Notes under the pieces: generated by a model
Told to the model about the DNA's origin: nothing
Databases searched by the model: none
The model's input: the letters and a program-made list of their open reading frames with translations, nothing else
Translations under genes and position numbers: made by a program
Assembly: GCA_963422365.1 (NCBI GenBank)
Contig: OY729426.1
Span: forward strand, 2,304,001-2,368,000
Origin: Nitrospirales bacterium
Lineage (GTDB): Bacteria; Nitrospirota; Nitrospiria; Nitrospirales; UBA8639
Direction: 5' to 3'
Length of the DNA stretch: 64,000 nucleotides
Shown: in pieces, positions 51,847-61,770 of the stretch
Position numbering within the stretch: the stretch's first letter is position 1
How the letters are laid out: each line of letters opens with the position of its first letter

Positions 51847-52962
51847 TCACCACCATTCAGGAATATAGGGCGTGAGATGCAGGAGGAGAGATTCTAATTC
51901 AGGATATTTTTCTAAGTTCCGTCGCACATAGCCCAACGTCCGAGGAATATCTGCAAGAAACCTGGGATTCCCTTTGACCCGATCAATATACACAAATCGG
52001 CCGGCTGCTTTCAGATTGCGTTGAATGCTTGTGAAATCAAAGAGCCGCCGGAACGCCGCACGATCCGTCAAGATCATACGCTCCCGGATAGCCGGTTCTA
52101 GCCCTGCACACATCTCGCTGACATAGCGATCAATCATCTCATCAACAAACGCTTCATCCAAGGCAATGTAGGAATCCCGAAGCAGAGAGGCCAGATCGTA
52201 GGTTACAGGGCCTAGTAACGCATCCTGAAAATCAAGGACCCCTAGTCGATCCCCATCGACCATCAAATTCCGTGAGTGATAATCACGATGCGTAAACACC
52301 TGGGGTTGGCAGGCAAGCAATTCAGCCACAGCGGAAAACCCATCACGAATCACCGTTTCGTGACCCGCACACATCGGCTTTTTGTCATGCCTGACCCAAA
52401 TACCATATTCCAAAAAATGCTCAAACTCCCACATCAACAGTGGCTTATCAAACGAATGGGAAAAAGCCTGACACGGATCAGCACGGTATGCCGTAAGTCG
52501 CAGCTGCATCTGAACCAACGTATCAATAGCCAACGGATAGTATTTCCGAGCGACAGACTCCCCATCTTCGAGACAAGCCTGCAATAAGGTCAGATCACCG
52601 AAATCTTCGAGATACAGCAGCCCGGCTGCTTCATCATAAAAATGCAGTGCAGGGACCGAAATCCCTGCCTGGGCCAATAGCCGAAGGATAGCAAGAAACG
52701 GAAGTTCGTGGAGATCCGTGAGTACCCCGCTCACAGCCTCTTCCGAGGCCTTGAATCCTTCCTGATCCGCCAGTTGCATCAAGATCAGCGAGGGCATCGG
52801 CCCGTTTTTCAACTCGAGCCGATAATACCGCCGATTCGACGCATCTCCACACAATGACACCACATGAGCCAGCTCAGCACGAAAGGGCAGCCGGGTCCTC
52901 AGCGTCGTTTTCAACAGCATCGGGTCCGGTCTGAGCGATGAAGCAATGGTTTCAGGACTCAT
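51847..52962 (-). CDS. APH-family phosphotransferase (anomeric MurNAc/GlcNAc kinase, AmgK-like)
   Basis: GDASNRRYYR, LEDFGD, HRDYHSRNLM, LDFQDA, YDLASLLRDSY, QRNLKAAG. Confidence 0.88.
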   Translation of the reverse strand: MSPETIASSLRPDPMLLKTTLRTRLPFRAELAHVVSLCGDASNRRYYRLELKNGPMPSLILMQLADQEGFKASEEAVSGVLTDLHELPFLAILRLLAQAGISVPALHFYDEAAGLLYLEDFGDLTLLQACLEDGESVARKYYPLAIDTLVQMQLRLTAYRADPCQAFSHSFDKPLLMWEFEHFLEYGIWVRHDKKPMCAGHETVIRDGFSAVAELLACQPQVFTHRDYHSRNLMVDGDRLGVLDFQDALLGPVTYDLASLLRDSYIALDEAFVDEMIDRYVSEMCAGLEPAIRERMILTDRAAFRRLFDFTSIQRNLKAAGRFVYIDRVKGNPRFLADIPRTLGYVRRNLEKYPELESLLLHLTPYIPEWW

Positions 52963-53165
52963 ACCCTTGAATTATACGGCGTCTCACCGGCTCTGTCACT
53001 TTGCAATATCGGGATACCCAAAGGTAAGCTATAACTTCTGTGCGAATCCGTCCTTTCAAGCGGACTCTCTGAGAGGTCTCCCCAACGCGTGCCGAGCCCT
53101 TGTTTCCTCATATGATGAACCCACCTTGGACAAAGCCTATTGACACGGGAAGGAAAGGAGCAGGC

Positions 53166-54074
53166 ATGGAAATCGGATTTATCGGACTTGGTAAAATGGG
53201 CCTGAAGATGGTGGCCCGGCTTCAGCAGAGTGATCATCGGGTGATTGTATTTGATCAGGCGCAGGGCCTCGTAACACAAGCTGAAGGGACCGGAGCGGTT
53301 GGAGCCGCTTCGCTTCAAGACCTCGTCTTGAAACTCGTCAAGCCTCGCGCAATCTGGCTGATGGTACCTTCGGGTGCGCCCACAGAAGACACCGTTCAAG
53401 CCCTTGCCGACCTGTTGGAACCCGATGACGTCATCATCGATGGAGGCAACACCAACTTCCATGACGATGTCCGTCGGGCTGCCGAATTGAAAACGAAACA
53501 GATTCATTACATGGATGCCGGAACCAGCGGAGGCATTTGGGGACGACAGACTGGATATTGCCTGATGATAGGCGGTGAAGAAGAACTTGCCCATCGGCTT
53601 GAACCGATTTTCGCCACACTGGCCCCAGAAGATGGATGGGCCCATGTTGGCGCTCATGGAGCCGGACATTACGTCAAAATGGTGCATAACGGCATTGAAT
53701 ACAGCATGATGCAAGGCTACGCCGAAGGGTTTGAATTGATGTCGAAGAGCGATTACCCCCTTGATCTGCCGAAGATTGCCGATCTGTGGATGCATGGAAG
53801 CGTTGTGCGATCATGGCTTTTAGAACTCGGAGCCACTGCCCTCAAAGAGGATCCAACACTCGCTGAATTACAAGGATATGTTCAAGATTCGGGTGAAGGT
53901 CGATGGATGCTGATGGAGGCCATAGACAAGGAAATCCCAGTCCCGACCCTGTCCTCTGCGCTCTTCACCCGTTTCCGGTCCAGGCAGGAAGAGTCTTTTT
54001 CGGAGAAAATGCTCGCGGCTCTCCGCCGTGCATTTGGTGGCCATAGGGTTAAACGGGACTCAACGTCACCTTGA
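53166..54074 (+). CDS. gnd: 6-phosphogluconate dehydrogenase, decarboxylating (short form)
   Basis: IGFIGLGKMG, IDGGN, DAGTSGG, GHYVKMVHNGIEY, DSGEGRW, AFGGH. Confidence 0.95.
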   Translation: MEIGFIGLGKMGLKMVARLQQSDHRVIVFDQAQGLVTQAEGTGAVGAASLQDLVLKLVKPRAIWLMVPSGAPTEDTVQALADLLEPDDVIIDGGNTNFHDDVRRAAELKTKQIHYMDAGTSGGIWGRQTGYCLMIGGEEELAHRLEPIFATLAPEDGWAHVGAHGAGHYVKMVHNGIEYSMMQGYAEGFELMSKSDYPLDLPKIADLWMHGSVVRSWLLELGATALKEDPTLAELQGYVQDSGEGRWMLMEAIDKEIPVPTLSSALFTRFRSRQEESFSEKMLAALRRAFGGHRVKRDSTSP

Positions 54075-54084
54075 GCAGCATGCC

Positions 54085-55635
54085 ATGACAAGGACCATAC
54101 AGCAACAAGAGCAGCCCTTCTCGAGACAGACCGGCTCTGGCGTACAGGTCGAACCCTGTACCCTCGTTATTTTTGGGGGGTCTGGAGACCTCACCCGACG
54201 CAAGCTCTTACCAGCTCTTTACAATCTGATGCTTGATGGATTGCTCCCTCTCAACTATGCCGTGCTTGGCATTGGACGCAAGCCTTGGAGTGACGATGAG
54301 TTCAGGAAAGTCGCGCACAGCGGCATTGAGCAATTTTCTCGGCAGCCGCTCCAACAAGATACGTGGACGGACTTTGCACGACGCCTGCATTATGTCTCAG
54401 GATCCAGTGAAGACCTGACGATGTATCAAGAGCTCAAAAACCGAATCGAAGAAATCGAGACCCAATTCCCTTTGCCAGGCCATCGCATCTTCTACTTAGC
54501 GATTCCGCCTACCTCCTTTGGGCCCTCCTGTGAAGGGTTACGGCATGCCGGACTGATCTATCCAGCTGAACGGCCTGATCGCGGCTCCCGCGTCATCGTT
54601 GAAAAACCCATTGGCCATGATCTGGAGTCGGCAAAGGCTATCAATACAACGATCGGGGAAGTCTTTGATGAATCTCAAATCTACCGTATCGATCATTATC
54701 TCGGAAAAGAAACAGTTCAGAATATTATGGTGCTCCGATTCGCTAACAGCATTTTCGAACCCATCTGGAATCATCAATATATCGACCACGTCCAAATGAC
54801 CGTGAGTGAAGAGGAAGGCGTAGGCACCAGAGCGAGCTATTACGAGGAAGCTGGAGCACTCCGGGATATGATGCAAAATCACATCCTCCAACTCCTCTGC
54901 CTGATTGCCATGGAACCACCCTATTCATTAGAGACGGACGTCGTTCGCAATGCCCGCATGGAGGTGCTTCGTTCTCTCCACCCTATCCGTGGCAAAGATG
55001 TGGAGAAGGTCACGGTTCGTGCGCAATACGCCCATGGAACCATCAACGGGCAGGATGTTCCCGGGTACCGCCGAGAGGAAGGCGTCAGATCGGATTCGAC
55101 AACGGAGACGTATGTGGCTCTGCGGTGTTACGTAGAAAATTGGCGGTGGTCAGGAGTGCCCTTTTATCTGCGAACCGGGAAAGCGATGCCACGTCGAGCT
55201 ACAGAAATTGCGGTGCAATTCAAAGATATTCCGGAAATTCTTTTCAACGCCGCCTCCCAAATGCGCCAGGCACCTAATGTGCTGACGCTTCGGATTCAAC
55301 CACACGAGGGAATGGCCTTGCGCATCATGTCGAAGATTCCTGGCAGTCGAGCAAAAACCCATCCCGTCGATATGAACTTCAACTATGGTGATACCTTTTC
55401 TACTCCATCGCCTGAAGCCTATGAACGGTTGTTGTTGGACGTGATGGCCGGAGACGCCTCGCTGTTTATGCGGCGCGATGCCGTGGAAGCCTCATGGGCC
55501 TGGATTACGGATATTCTTGACGGCTGGAAAGCCCATGGCGGCCGATGGCTGCCCGAATACCCCGCAGGCACATGGGGCCCCGTTGAAGCGGACAAGCTCA
55601 TCGAAACCGACAGGCGAAAGTGGCGATTGGTGTGA
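54085..55635 (+). CDS. zwf: Glucose-6-phosphate 1-dehydrogenase
   Basis: IFGGSGDLTRRKL, VEKPIG, RIDHYLGKETVQN, RWSGVPFYLRTGK, EAYERLL. Confidence 0.97.
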   Translation: MTRTIQQQEQPFSRQTGSGVQVEPCTLVIFGGSGDLTRRKLLPALYNLMLDGLLPLNYAVLGIGRKPWSDDEFRKVAHSGIEQFSRQPLQQDTWTDFARRLHYVSGSSEDLTMYQELKNRIEEIETQFPLPGHRIFYLAIPPTSFGPSCEGLRHAGLIYPAERPDRGSRVIVEKPIGHDLESAKAINTTIGEVFDESQIYRIDHYLGKETVQNIMVLRFANSIFEPIWNHQYIDHVQMTVSEEEGVGTRASYYEEAGALRDMMQNHILQLLCLIAMEPPYSLETDVVRNARMEVLRSLHPIRGKDVEKVTVRAQYAHGTINGQDVPGYRREEGVRSDSTTETYVALRCYVENWRWSGVPFYLRTGKAMPRRATEIAVQFKDIPEILFNAASQMRQAPNVLTLRIQPHEGMALRIMSKIPGSRAKTHPVDMNFNYGDTFSTPSPEAYERLLLDVMAGDASLFMRRDAVEASWAWITDILDGWKAHGGRWLPEYPAGTWGPVEADKLIETDRRKWRLV

Positions 55636-55698
55636 CGCCGGCATTGCGTCATCTATCCTAGCCGCCCCTTCTGTTCTCCCTTGCGACCCCCGGTCGTC

Positions 55699-57441
55699 TC
55701 AAGACGGTGTAAGCAACGCCCCCTCGACCGCCTTCTGAATTCGCTGTAACCCACCTTCAATATCAAGCCCAAGATGAATCCGAATCACTCGCCGATTGCG
55801 AGTAGAAAGACTCTTCATATCTCCCAATGCTTGTGCGGCTGCTAACGTACCAAAAGAATGGGGCTCCTCAGGAATTTCCAGATCCTTTCTCTGGTCCGCC
55901 GTGACCTGAATAAACACTCCTGAATTGGGACCACCCTTATGGAGTTGGCCGGTTGAATGAAGAAAGCGCGGGCCATACCCCAATGTCGTCGCGACTTGTT
56001 TCGCATGGCGAACAATGGTGCGAATGTGCTGAAAGGTGTCATGAACCGCTGGAGTCCGTTCGAGATACGCATTGATCGCAACATAATCCCCGACCCGTAC
56101 ACGGGAGAGATGCGCGGCCACCGCGCAGGCTAACGAAGATGCGCCCTCTAACGCCTGCTGATTCACGGCATCGGCAAAGATACGGATGTCCCCATCCGTG
56201 ATAACGGGCGATGCCTCTGGCAATCGTCCACTCTGTGTAAATTCTTCAAGATAGAACATGGTACACTCTTTACTCTCCTGGACATGGGGTTGATCGAACG
56301 CATTAATTCCCAACAGAGACCCGGCGGTCGCGGTCGCCATCTCCCACCGGAAAAACTCCTGCCCGAGATTCAGGAAACTCGTGAAATCAATGCGCACGAC
56401 TGGATGACCCACCACTTTCAGGGCATCGACTTTTGCATCTTGCTCCGGAACGGCTCCGTCCGCATAACGGATATACACAAACACACGATCGTTGCCGTAG
56501 ACAGGCGGCACGCTTAACGGTTCATCATCAACCGGAATGAGGCCCTTTCCTTCTTTTCCTGTACTTTCGGCAATCAACTGTTCCAACCAGGCACCTAAAT
56601 CACTGATGGCAGGAGAAGTGATAATCGTCACCTTATCATGACCAGCCTTGGCTAATATGCCTAAGACCACCCCTAACACGACCCCGGGATTGTCGGCAGC
56701 AGGCACGGCTGCATCGCAACTCCGACGCATGTGTTCGGCTTGAGACAGAAGAGACTCAACATTCACTCCCATCGCGGCGGCCGGCACCATACCAAAATTG
56801 GATAAGGCTGAATAGCGTCCTCCAATGTCAGGTACACCGTGGAAAATATCTCGAAACTGGAGTTCTCGGGCTAGGTGTTCTAAGAAAGAGCCTGGATCGG
56901 TAATCGCGATAAAATTCTCACCGGCACGATCACCCTTGATCTGCCGCATCCGTTGAAAGAAATGTTTTTGGAACACCAATGGTTCGGTGGTTGAGCCAGA
57001 CTTACTCGCCACGATGCACAGCGTATGCTCAAGATCGACTGTTTCTTCAAAACTCCGCACTTGCGAGGGGATGGTACTATCTAACACGTGCAGTTCAGGA
57101 TAGCCGGAGATGACGCCAAAGGTCATGCGGCACACTTCCGGACAGAGGCTGCTACCGCCCATTCCCAACAGGAGGATATGGGTAAACCCGGCGTTTTTGA
57201 CATCATCTGCGAACGCCTGCAGCCGCGATACGTCACGGACCTGCTGTTCAGAAACGGATAGCCAACCGAGGGCGTTTCGAATGATGGTTTGATGGGCAGG
57301 AGCCTTATGCCAGAGCGTGGGATCTTTAGCCCACATTCTGCGGACAAAATCCTTGGCTTGTAAGTCGTCGAGTACAGCATGCACGGCCGCATCGTATGCT
57401 CCTACGGCATAGGTTTGGTGGTTCATCTTTGGGCCACGCAA
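55699..57441 (-). CDS. pgi: Glucose-6-phosphate isomerase (resembles the Pgi half of Tal/Pgi fusions)
   Basis: LGMGGSSL, ASKSGSTTE, AITDPGS, IGGRYSALS, EQLIAESTGKEG, FDQP, GYGPRFLHSTGQLHKGGP. Start may be ATG 57426. Confidence 0.9.
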   Translation of the reverse strand: MRGPKMNHQTYAVGAYDAAVHAVLDDLQAKDFVRRMWAKDPTLWHKAPAHQTIIRNALGWLSVSEQQVRDVSRLQAFADDVKNAGFTHILLLGMGGSSLCPEVCRMTFGVISGYPELHVLDSTIPSQVRSFEETVDLEHTLCIVASKSGSTTEPLVFQKHFFQRMRQIKGDRAGENFIAITDPGSFLEHLARELQFRDIFHGVPDIGGRYSALSNFGMVPAAAMGVNVESLLSQAEHMRRSCDAAVPAADNPGVVLGVVLGILAKAGHDKVTIITSPAISDLGAWLEQLIAESTGKEGKGLIPVDDEPLSVPPVYGNDRVFVYIRYADGAVPEQDAKVDALKVVGHPVVRIDFTSFLNLGQEFFRWEMATATAGSLLGINAFDQPHVQESKECTMFYLEEFTQSGRLPEASPVITDGDIRIFADAVNQQALEGASSLACAVAAHLSRVRVGDYVAINAYLERTPAVHDTFQHIRTIVRHAKQVATTLGYGPRFLHSTGQLHKGGPNSGVFIQVTADQRKDLEIPEEPHSFGTLAAAQALGDMKSLSTRNRRVIRIHLGLDIEGGLQRIQKAVEGALLTPS

Positions 57442-57579
57442 CTTGGTTCATTCCTGACTTTTCACAGCCATATGTCGACACGCGATTCAATAAGTAGCCG
57501 AACCCATTCTGTCATAACTGGTTGTGTACAGTGCGAGACGACAATCTGTTCGTTAACGGCATTCTCGGTACGAATGCCC

Positions 57580-59664
57580 TTAACGAACTTCCGCGCTTCC
57601 TGTCGTCGCCAACTGTTGTTTGGCAGCGGCTACGACCAGATCGACGGTAAATCCAAAATGTTTGAGTAGATCTTTAAACGGCGCCGACGATCCATAGGTA
57701 TTTATACCTATACTTGTGCCGTTCGACCCCACATATTTACTCCAACCAAACGTCGTCGCTTGCTCAACAGAAACCCTGGCCGTCACCTCAGGAGGAAGAA
57801 CACGATCCCGATACTCTTGACTCTGCTGTTCAAAGAGTGACCAGGCTGGCATACTCACGACTCGGGCATGGATTCCTTGCCCTTTGAGCTCCTCATAGGC
57901 TTGCACACAGAGAGACACTTCGCTCCCGGAAGCCAACAGTAGCACCTCGGGTTGGTTCCTCTCAGCATCAGCCAAGACATACGCTCCCTTGGCGAGGCCG
58001 CTGGCTGACGCATACCGTGTCCGGTCCAACGTCGGAATGGCCTGACGCGTTAAGACAAGTATCACGGGTTGATGTTGGAGTTGCATAATCACCCGCCACG
58101 CTTCCACGACTTCATTGGCATCCCCAGGCCGAATCGTCATGAGATCGGGAATGGCGCGTAAGGACGCCAGATGCTCTATGGGTTGATGAGTCGGCCCATC
58201 TTCGCCAAGACTAATCGAATCATGGGTCAACACATAAATCACTGGAATTTTCATCATGGCCGCAAGGCGAATGGCTGGTCGTCCGTAATCGCTGAAAACC
58301 AAAAATCCAGCGCCATAGGGACGAACTTTCGAGAGAGCCATCCCACTCAAAATCGAACCCATCGCATGTTCCCGAACACCAAAATGCAAATTGCGCCCAC
58401 CCTCGGACCCGGCTTGAAAATCTCCGGCCCCCTCAAAGGTCAGGAGCGTTTTGGTGGAAGGGGCCAAATCTGCAGAGCCTCCCATTAACCAAGGGACTTC
58501 CTTGGCAACGGCATTGAGCACTTTTCCGGAGGACTCCCGACTCGCCAGGCCTTTGGGGTCCGCAGGAAATTCGGGCAACCCCCGGTCCCAATGTTCAGGG
58601 AGTTGCCGGTGTTCCATTTTCAAGAGTTGATCCGCCAGTTCAGGATACTTCTCCTGGTAAGCGTGAAACCTGGTTGTCCAGGCATTTCGTTCGGCCTTTC
58701 CTCGCTCCCCTATCCCACATCGAAAATGTGCCAACACTGACTCGGGAACCAGGAATTTCGCATCTTCAGGCCATCCGTAGTTTTTTTTCGTCAGACGAAT
58801 CTCGTCTTCGCCCAACGGTTCGCCATGTGCCCCATGAGTATCTTGTTTATTGGGTGCCCCAAACGCAATGTGACTATCAACAATCATAAGGGTCGGAGCT
58901 TCGATTTCGTTCTTGAAAGCATTGAACGCCTGCGTTAACAATTCCAAATCATTTGCATCGTTGACATGCGTCACGTTCCATCCATAGGCTCGAAACCGTT
59001 CATCCACGGCTTCACTAAAGGCCAGGGCGGTTTTGCCCTCGATGGTAATGCGATTGTTATCATACATCCAACAGAGATTCGACAACTTGAGATGACCGGC
59101 AAGCGAGGCTGCTTCGCTGGAAAGCCCCTCCATGAAACACCCATCTCCACAAAAAGAAAAAACATCGTAATCGATGACGTTGAAACCCGGCCGATTGAAA
59201 TACTGAGCCATCCATCGTTGGGCAATGGCCATGCCTACACTATTAGCCAATCCCTGTCCTAGAGGGCCGGTTGTGGTTTCTACGCCAGTCGTCCAAGGAT
59301 ACTCTGGATGCCCAGGACATTTGCCACGCAACTGTCGAAACCGTTTGATATCATCCAGAGTCACCGCAAGCTCGTTGGTTGGTTCAGACCCATCACCAAT
59401 CGCTTTGATTTGGCAAAGATGGAGGACGGCATAGAGCAGCATCGATGCATGACCAACCGACAGGACAAATCGATCCCGATTGGGCCAACTAGGATCACCA
59501 GGATCAAAACGCAAAAACCGATTCCACAAGCAATACGCCACCGGTGCCAGAGCCATTGGGGTGCCGGGATGGCCTGATTGTGCAGCTTGCACCGCATCCA
59601 TCGCTAATGTGCGAATGGTGTTGATACTGAGCTGCTCTACGGATTGGGGCCCTGACATCGTCAT
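57580..59664 (-). CDS. tkt: Transketolase
   Basis: SGHPGTPM, NRDRFVLSVGH, TTGPLGQG, GDGCFMEG, FGVREHAM, THDSISLGEDGPTHQP. Confidence 0.97.
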   Translation of the reverse strand: MTMSGPQSVEQLSINTIRTLAMDAVQAAQSGHPGTPMALAPVAYCLWNRFLRFDPGDPSWPNRDRFVLSVGHASMLLYAVLHLCQIKAIGDGSEPTNELAVTLDDIKRFRQLRGKCPGHPEYPWTTGVETTTGPLGQGLANSVGMAIAQRWMAQYFNRPGFNVIDYDVFSFCGDGCFMEGLSSEAASLAGHLKLSNLCWMYDNNRITIEGKTALAFSEAVDERFRAYGWNVTHVNDANDLELLTQAFNAFKNEIEAPTLMIVDSHIAFGAPNKQDTHGAHGEPLGEDEIRLTKKNYGWPEDAKFLVPESVLAHFRCGIGERGKAERNAWTTRFHAYQEKYPELADQLLKMEHRQLPEHWDRGLPEFPADPKGLASRESSGKVLNAVAKEVPWLMGGSADLAPSTKTLLTFEGAGDFQAGSEGGRNLHFGVREHAMGSILSGMALSKVRPYGAGFLVFSDYGRPAIRLAAMMKIPVIYVLTHDSISLGEDGPTHQPIEHLASLRAIPDLMTIRPGDANEVVEAWRVIMQLQHQPVILVLTRQAIPTLDRTRYASASGLAKGAYVLADAERNQPEVLLLASGSEVSLCVQAYEELKGQGIHARVVSMPAWSLFEQQSQEYRDRVLPPEVTARVSVEQATTFGWSKYVGSNGTSIGINTYGSSAPFKDLLKHFGFTVDLVVAAAKQQLATTGSAEVR

Positions 59665-59946
59665 TATCCCTTTCCTGAGAAGATGAGAAATAATGGATGA
59701 TCGCTCACGACTTTTTCTAAAAACCTTTCGGCATGATCAATGCTTGTGATCGTTCCGCCGTATTCGTCTGTGGTTCCGATTTGTCACAATATACTTTTTT
59801 TACCTAGGTTAAATATCGTTCCAGCAAAAATTCTGCCAACTGGAGAATACCTTTTTGAAAGGGGCCTTGCCAAATGGGACACCGGATATCGAGGGTTCAG
59901 TGGTTCATGGCAAACCGACTTCCCCTGCCTTATGATGATACCTGTG

Positions 59947-60201
59947 ATGAAAGTCATTGTGACCCATCCACGTAAAGAGATTGAAGTTCAGAGCCCGACT
60001 CAAGTCCATCAGATCCTGCAACAACTCAACCTGACTCCGGAAGCCTACTTGGTCATCCGTGGAGACGAGTTGGTCACGGAGGATACGGTGCTTCAGGATT
60101 CAGACTCGATTGAAATCAGGTCGGTTATTTCTGGAGGTTCGCCACTCTATACGTTGCCGAAAATGTTCTCATCCCGCCGTCATCAAAATGCCCAGGCATA
60201 A
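59947..60201 (+). CDS. MoaD/ThiS-family sulfur carrier (TtuB-like); C-terminal GG followed by a 20-aa read-through
   Basis: MKVIVTHPRKE...LVIRGDELVTED...IEIRSVISGG (GG at 60133-60138), then TCG where a stop would be expected. Confidence 0.8.
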   Translation: MKVIVTHPRKEIEVQSPTQVHQILQQLNLTPEAYLVIRGDELVTEDTVLQDSDSIEIRSVISGGSPLYTLPKMFSSRRHQNAQA

Positions 60202-61084
60202 TATCTCCTTGTGCAAAGACAGCTTTACCGAGTTTGTGCATACTCAGGTTCACGAGCCATCAAATCCCACCGAATGTTCATTGCCAACGATCGCATTTTA
60301 GTAGCCGTATCCGGTGGCAAAGACAGCCTCACCCTCTGGGCCATTTTACTGAAACTTGGTTACCAAGCTGACGCATTATACGTCGACTTGGGCATTGGCG
60401 ATTACTCCCTTCGGTCCAGGCAAAAGGTCCAATGTTTTACTGACACTGTTGCGGCTAGCTACGAATCGAAACTCCACGTTCATAGGGTTGAACACGAGCA
60501 AGGCACCGGCATTCGAGAATTGGCGGAGTTAGTCCATCGACCAACGTACGCCACCTGCGGGACCATGAAGCGCTATCAATTTAACCGCATGGCTGTTGAG
60601 CAGGACTACGACGTGATGGCAACCGGTCATAACCTGGATGATGAAGCGGCCAGGCTACTGGGAAATGTCCTGCATTGGCAGACGGATTACTTGGACAAAC
60701 AAACACCCACCTTGCCTGCCTCACTCGGAGGGTTCGCCAAAAAGGTCAAGCCCCTCTATCGCCTGACGGAGCGAGAGATTGCAGCCTTATGCGGTCATCC
60801 ATCACATAGACTACATTGTAGATGAATGCCCCATGGCCAAGGGATCCAAGATGCTCGCCTATAAAAACGTGTTGAATCAGCTCAAGGCCGATTCGCCGGG
60901 AACCAAGCATGCCTTTTATCTGAAATTTTTAGATCGTCAAGCCAACCAGCAAGAAAGACCCTATACGATTGCTGAACAAGACCGACAACGCCTCCACCCC
61001 TGCACAACCTGCGAACAACCAACGTCCACAGACGTCTGCGCTTACTGCCAAATGATGGCCAAAGCCAAAGCCCACGCCTCATAA
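60149..61084 (+). pseudogene. ttuA: tRNA 2-thiolation enzyme (TtuA/TtcA family), disrupted
   Basis: Starts ATA-CGT-TGC (xRCRKC zinc finger). PP-loop AVSGGKDS, TGHNLDDEA, KVKPLY, ECPMAKG, CTTCEQPT..VCAYC. Frameshifts near 60250 and 60787; the central CxxC reads YATC. Confidence 0.85.
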
Positions 61085-61130
61085 GCATCGAAAACCGGGG
61101 ATAGAGACAAACAGGTGGTCACGGAGACCA

Positions 61131-61495
61131 CTACCGAGACAGGAGGATCACTGTTTCTTTTCCTCCATGGCCATGCACGGAATCATGTGACCGAATGCGG
61201 ACTTTTTGAGTGGAGGGAGGAATTGTGACGTTCGACAGCGAACGAATAAACGGCTGTTCATTGACGGGTGGGTGAGCCAATTCTCTCGTCGCGAGCACTT
61301 TGCCATCCATTGAACGCACTTCTCACCAATCAGCGTAATGCTCCCACCCTTCATCCGCATCCTCAACCGTGGCAGTGAACTGACACACGAGATTCCTACT
61401 ACAGACGCCTTGGGCCTCAAGCACATCGGCATTCCCTGCTGAAGGCTTGGGTGAAATAAGACCATAAGGAGGACCATTCTCCAACGATATTTCAT
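61131..61495 (-). pseudogene. Small secreted conserved hypothetical protein, disrupted
   Basis: ADVLE...FTATVEDADEGWEHYADW*EVRSMDGKVLATRELAHPPVNEQPFIRSL...RSHDSVHGHGG, with in-frame TGA at 61323-61325. The leader is in another frame. Confidence 0.75.
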
Positions 61496-61770
61496 TCAGT
61501 CCCCCCATTTTTCTGCATGCTCTCACTATTCTACCCGATTCTCAACCAGATTTCAGATATGTCTGATGAATGGGATGACAGGGATCCTCAATATGAGCGA
61601 AGGCCGCATGAGGTGCGGCCCTACATGGCTGGAATTTTCCCTCTAAGCCACGGATTAGTATTCCTCTCCGACCCGCACCCTAAGAATTGACCAAAGCGCA
61701 TCGACTATGCCACATTTCTCCTTTCTGCACAGTAACCACTTGAAGATGAAGAGATAGCTGGAGGACTCTT

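Noticed and set aside
52959..53795. 278-aa minus-strand ORF
   Set aside because: Antisense shadow of gnd.
13686..61325. Alternative genetic code (stop read as Trp), suggested by in-frame stops at probable Trp positions
   Set aside because: Both TAG and TGA occur at such sites, the same genes also carry frameshifts, and intact genes use TGA and TAG as real stops (hemB, zwf, ilvD, copA). G>A mutation explains the pattern.
61602..61620. GGCCGCA/TGCGGCC hairpin upstream of ilvD as an attenuator or riboswitch
   Set aside because: No U-tract, no Ile/Leu/Val-rich leader peptide and no T-box motif visible.
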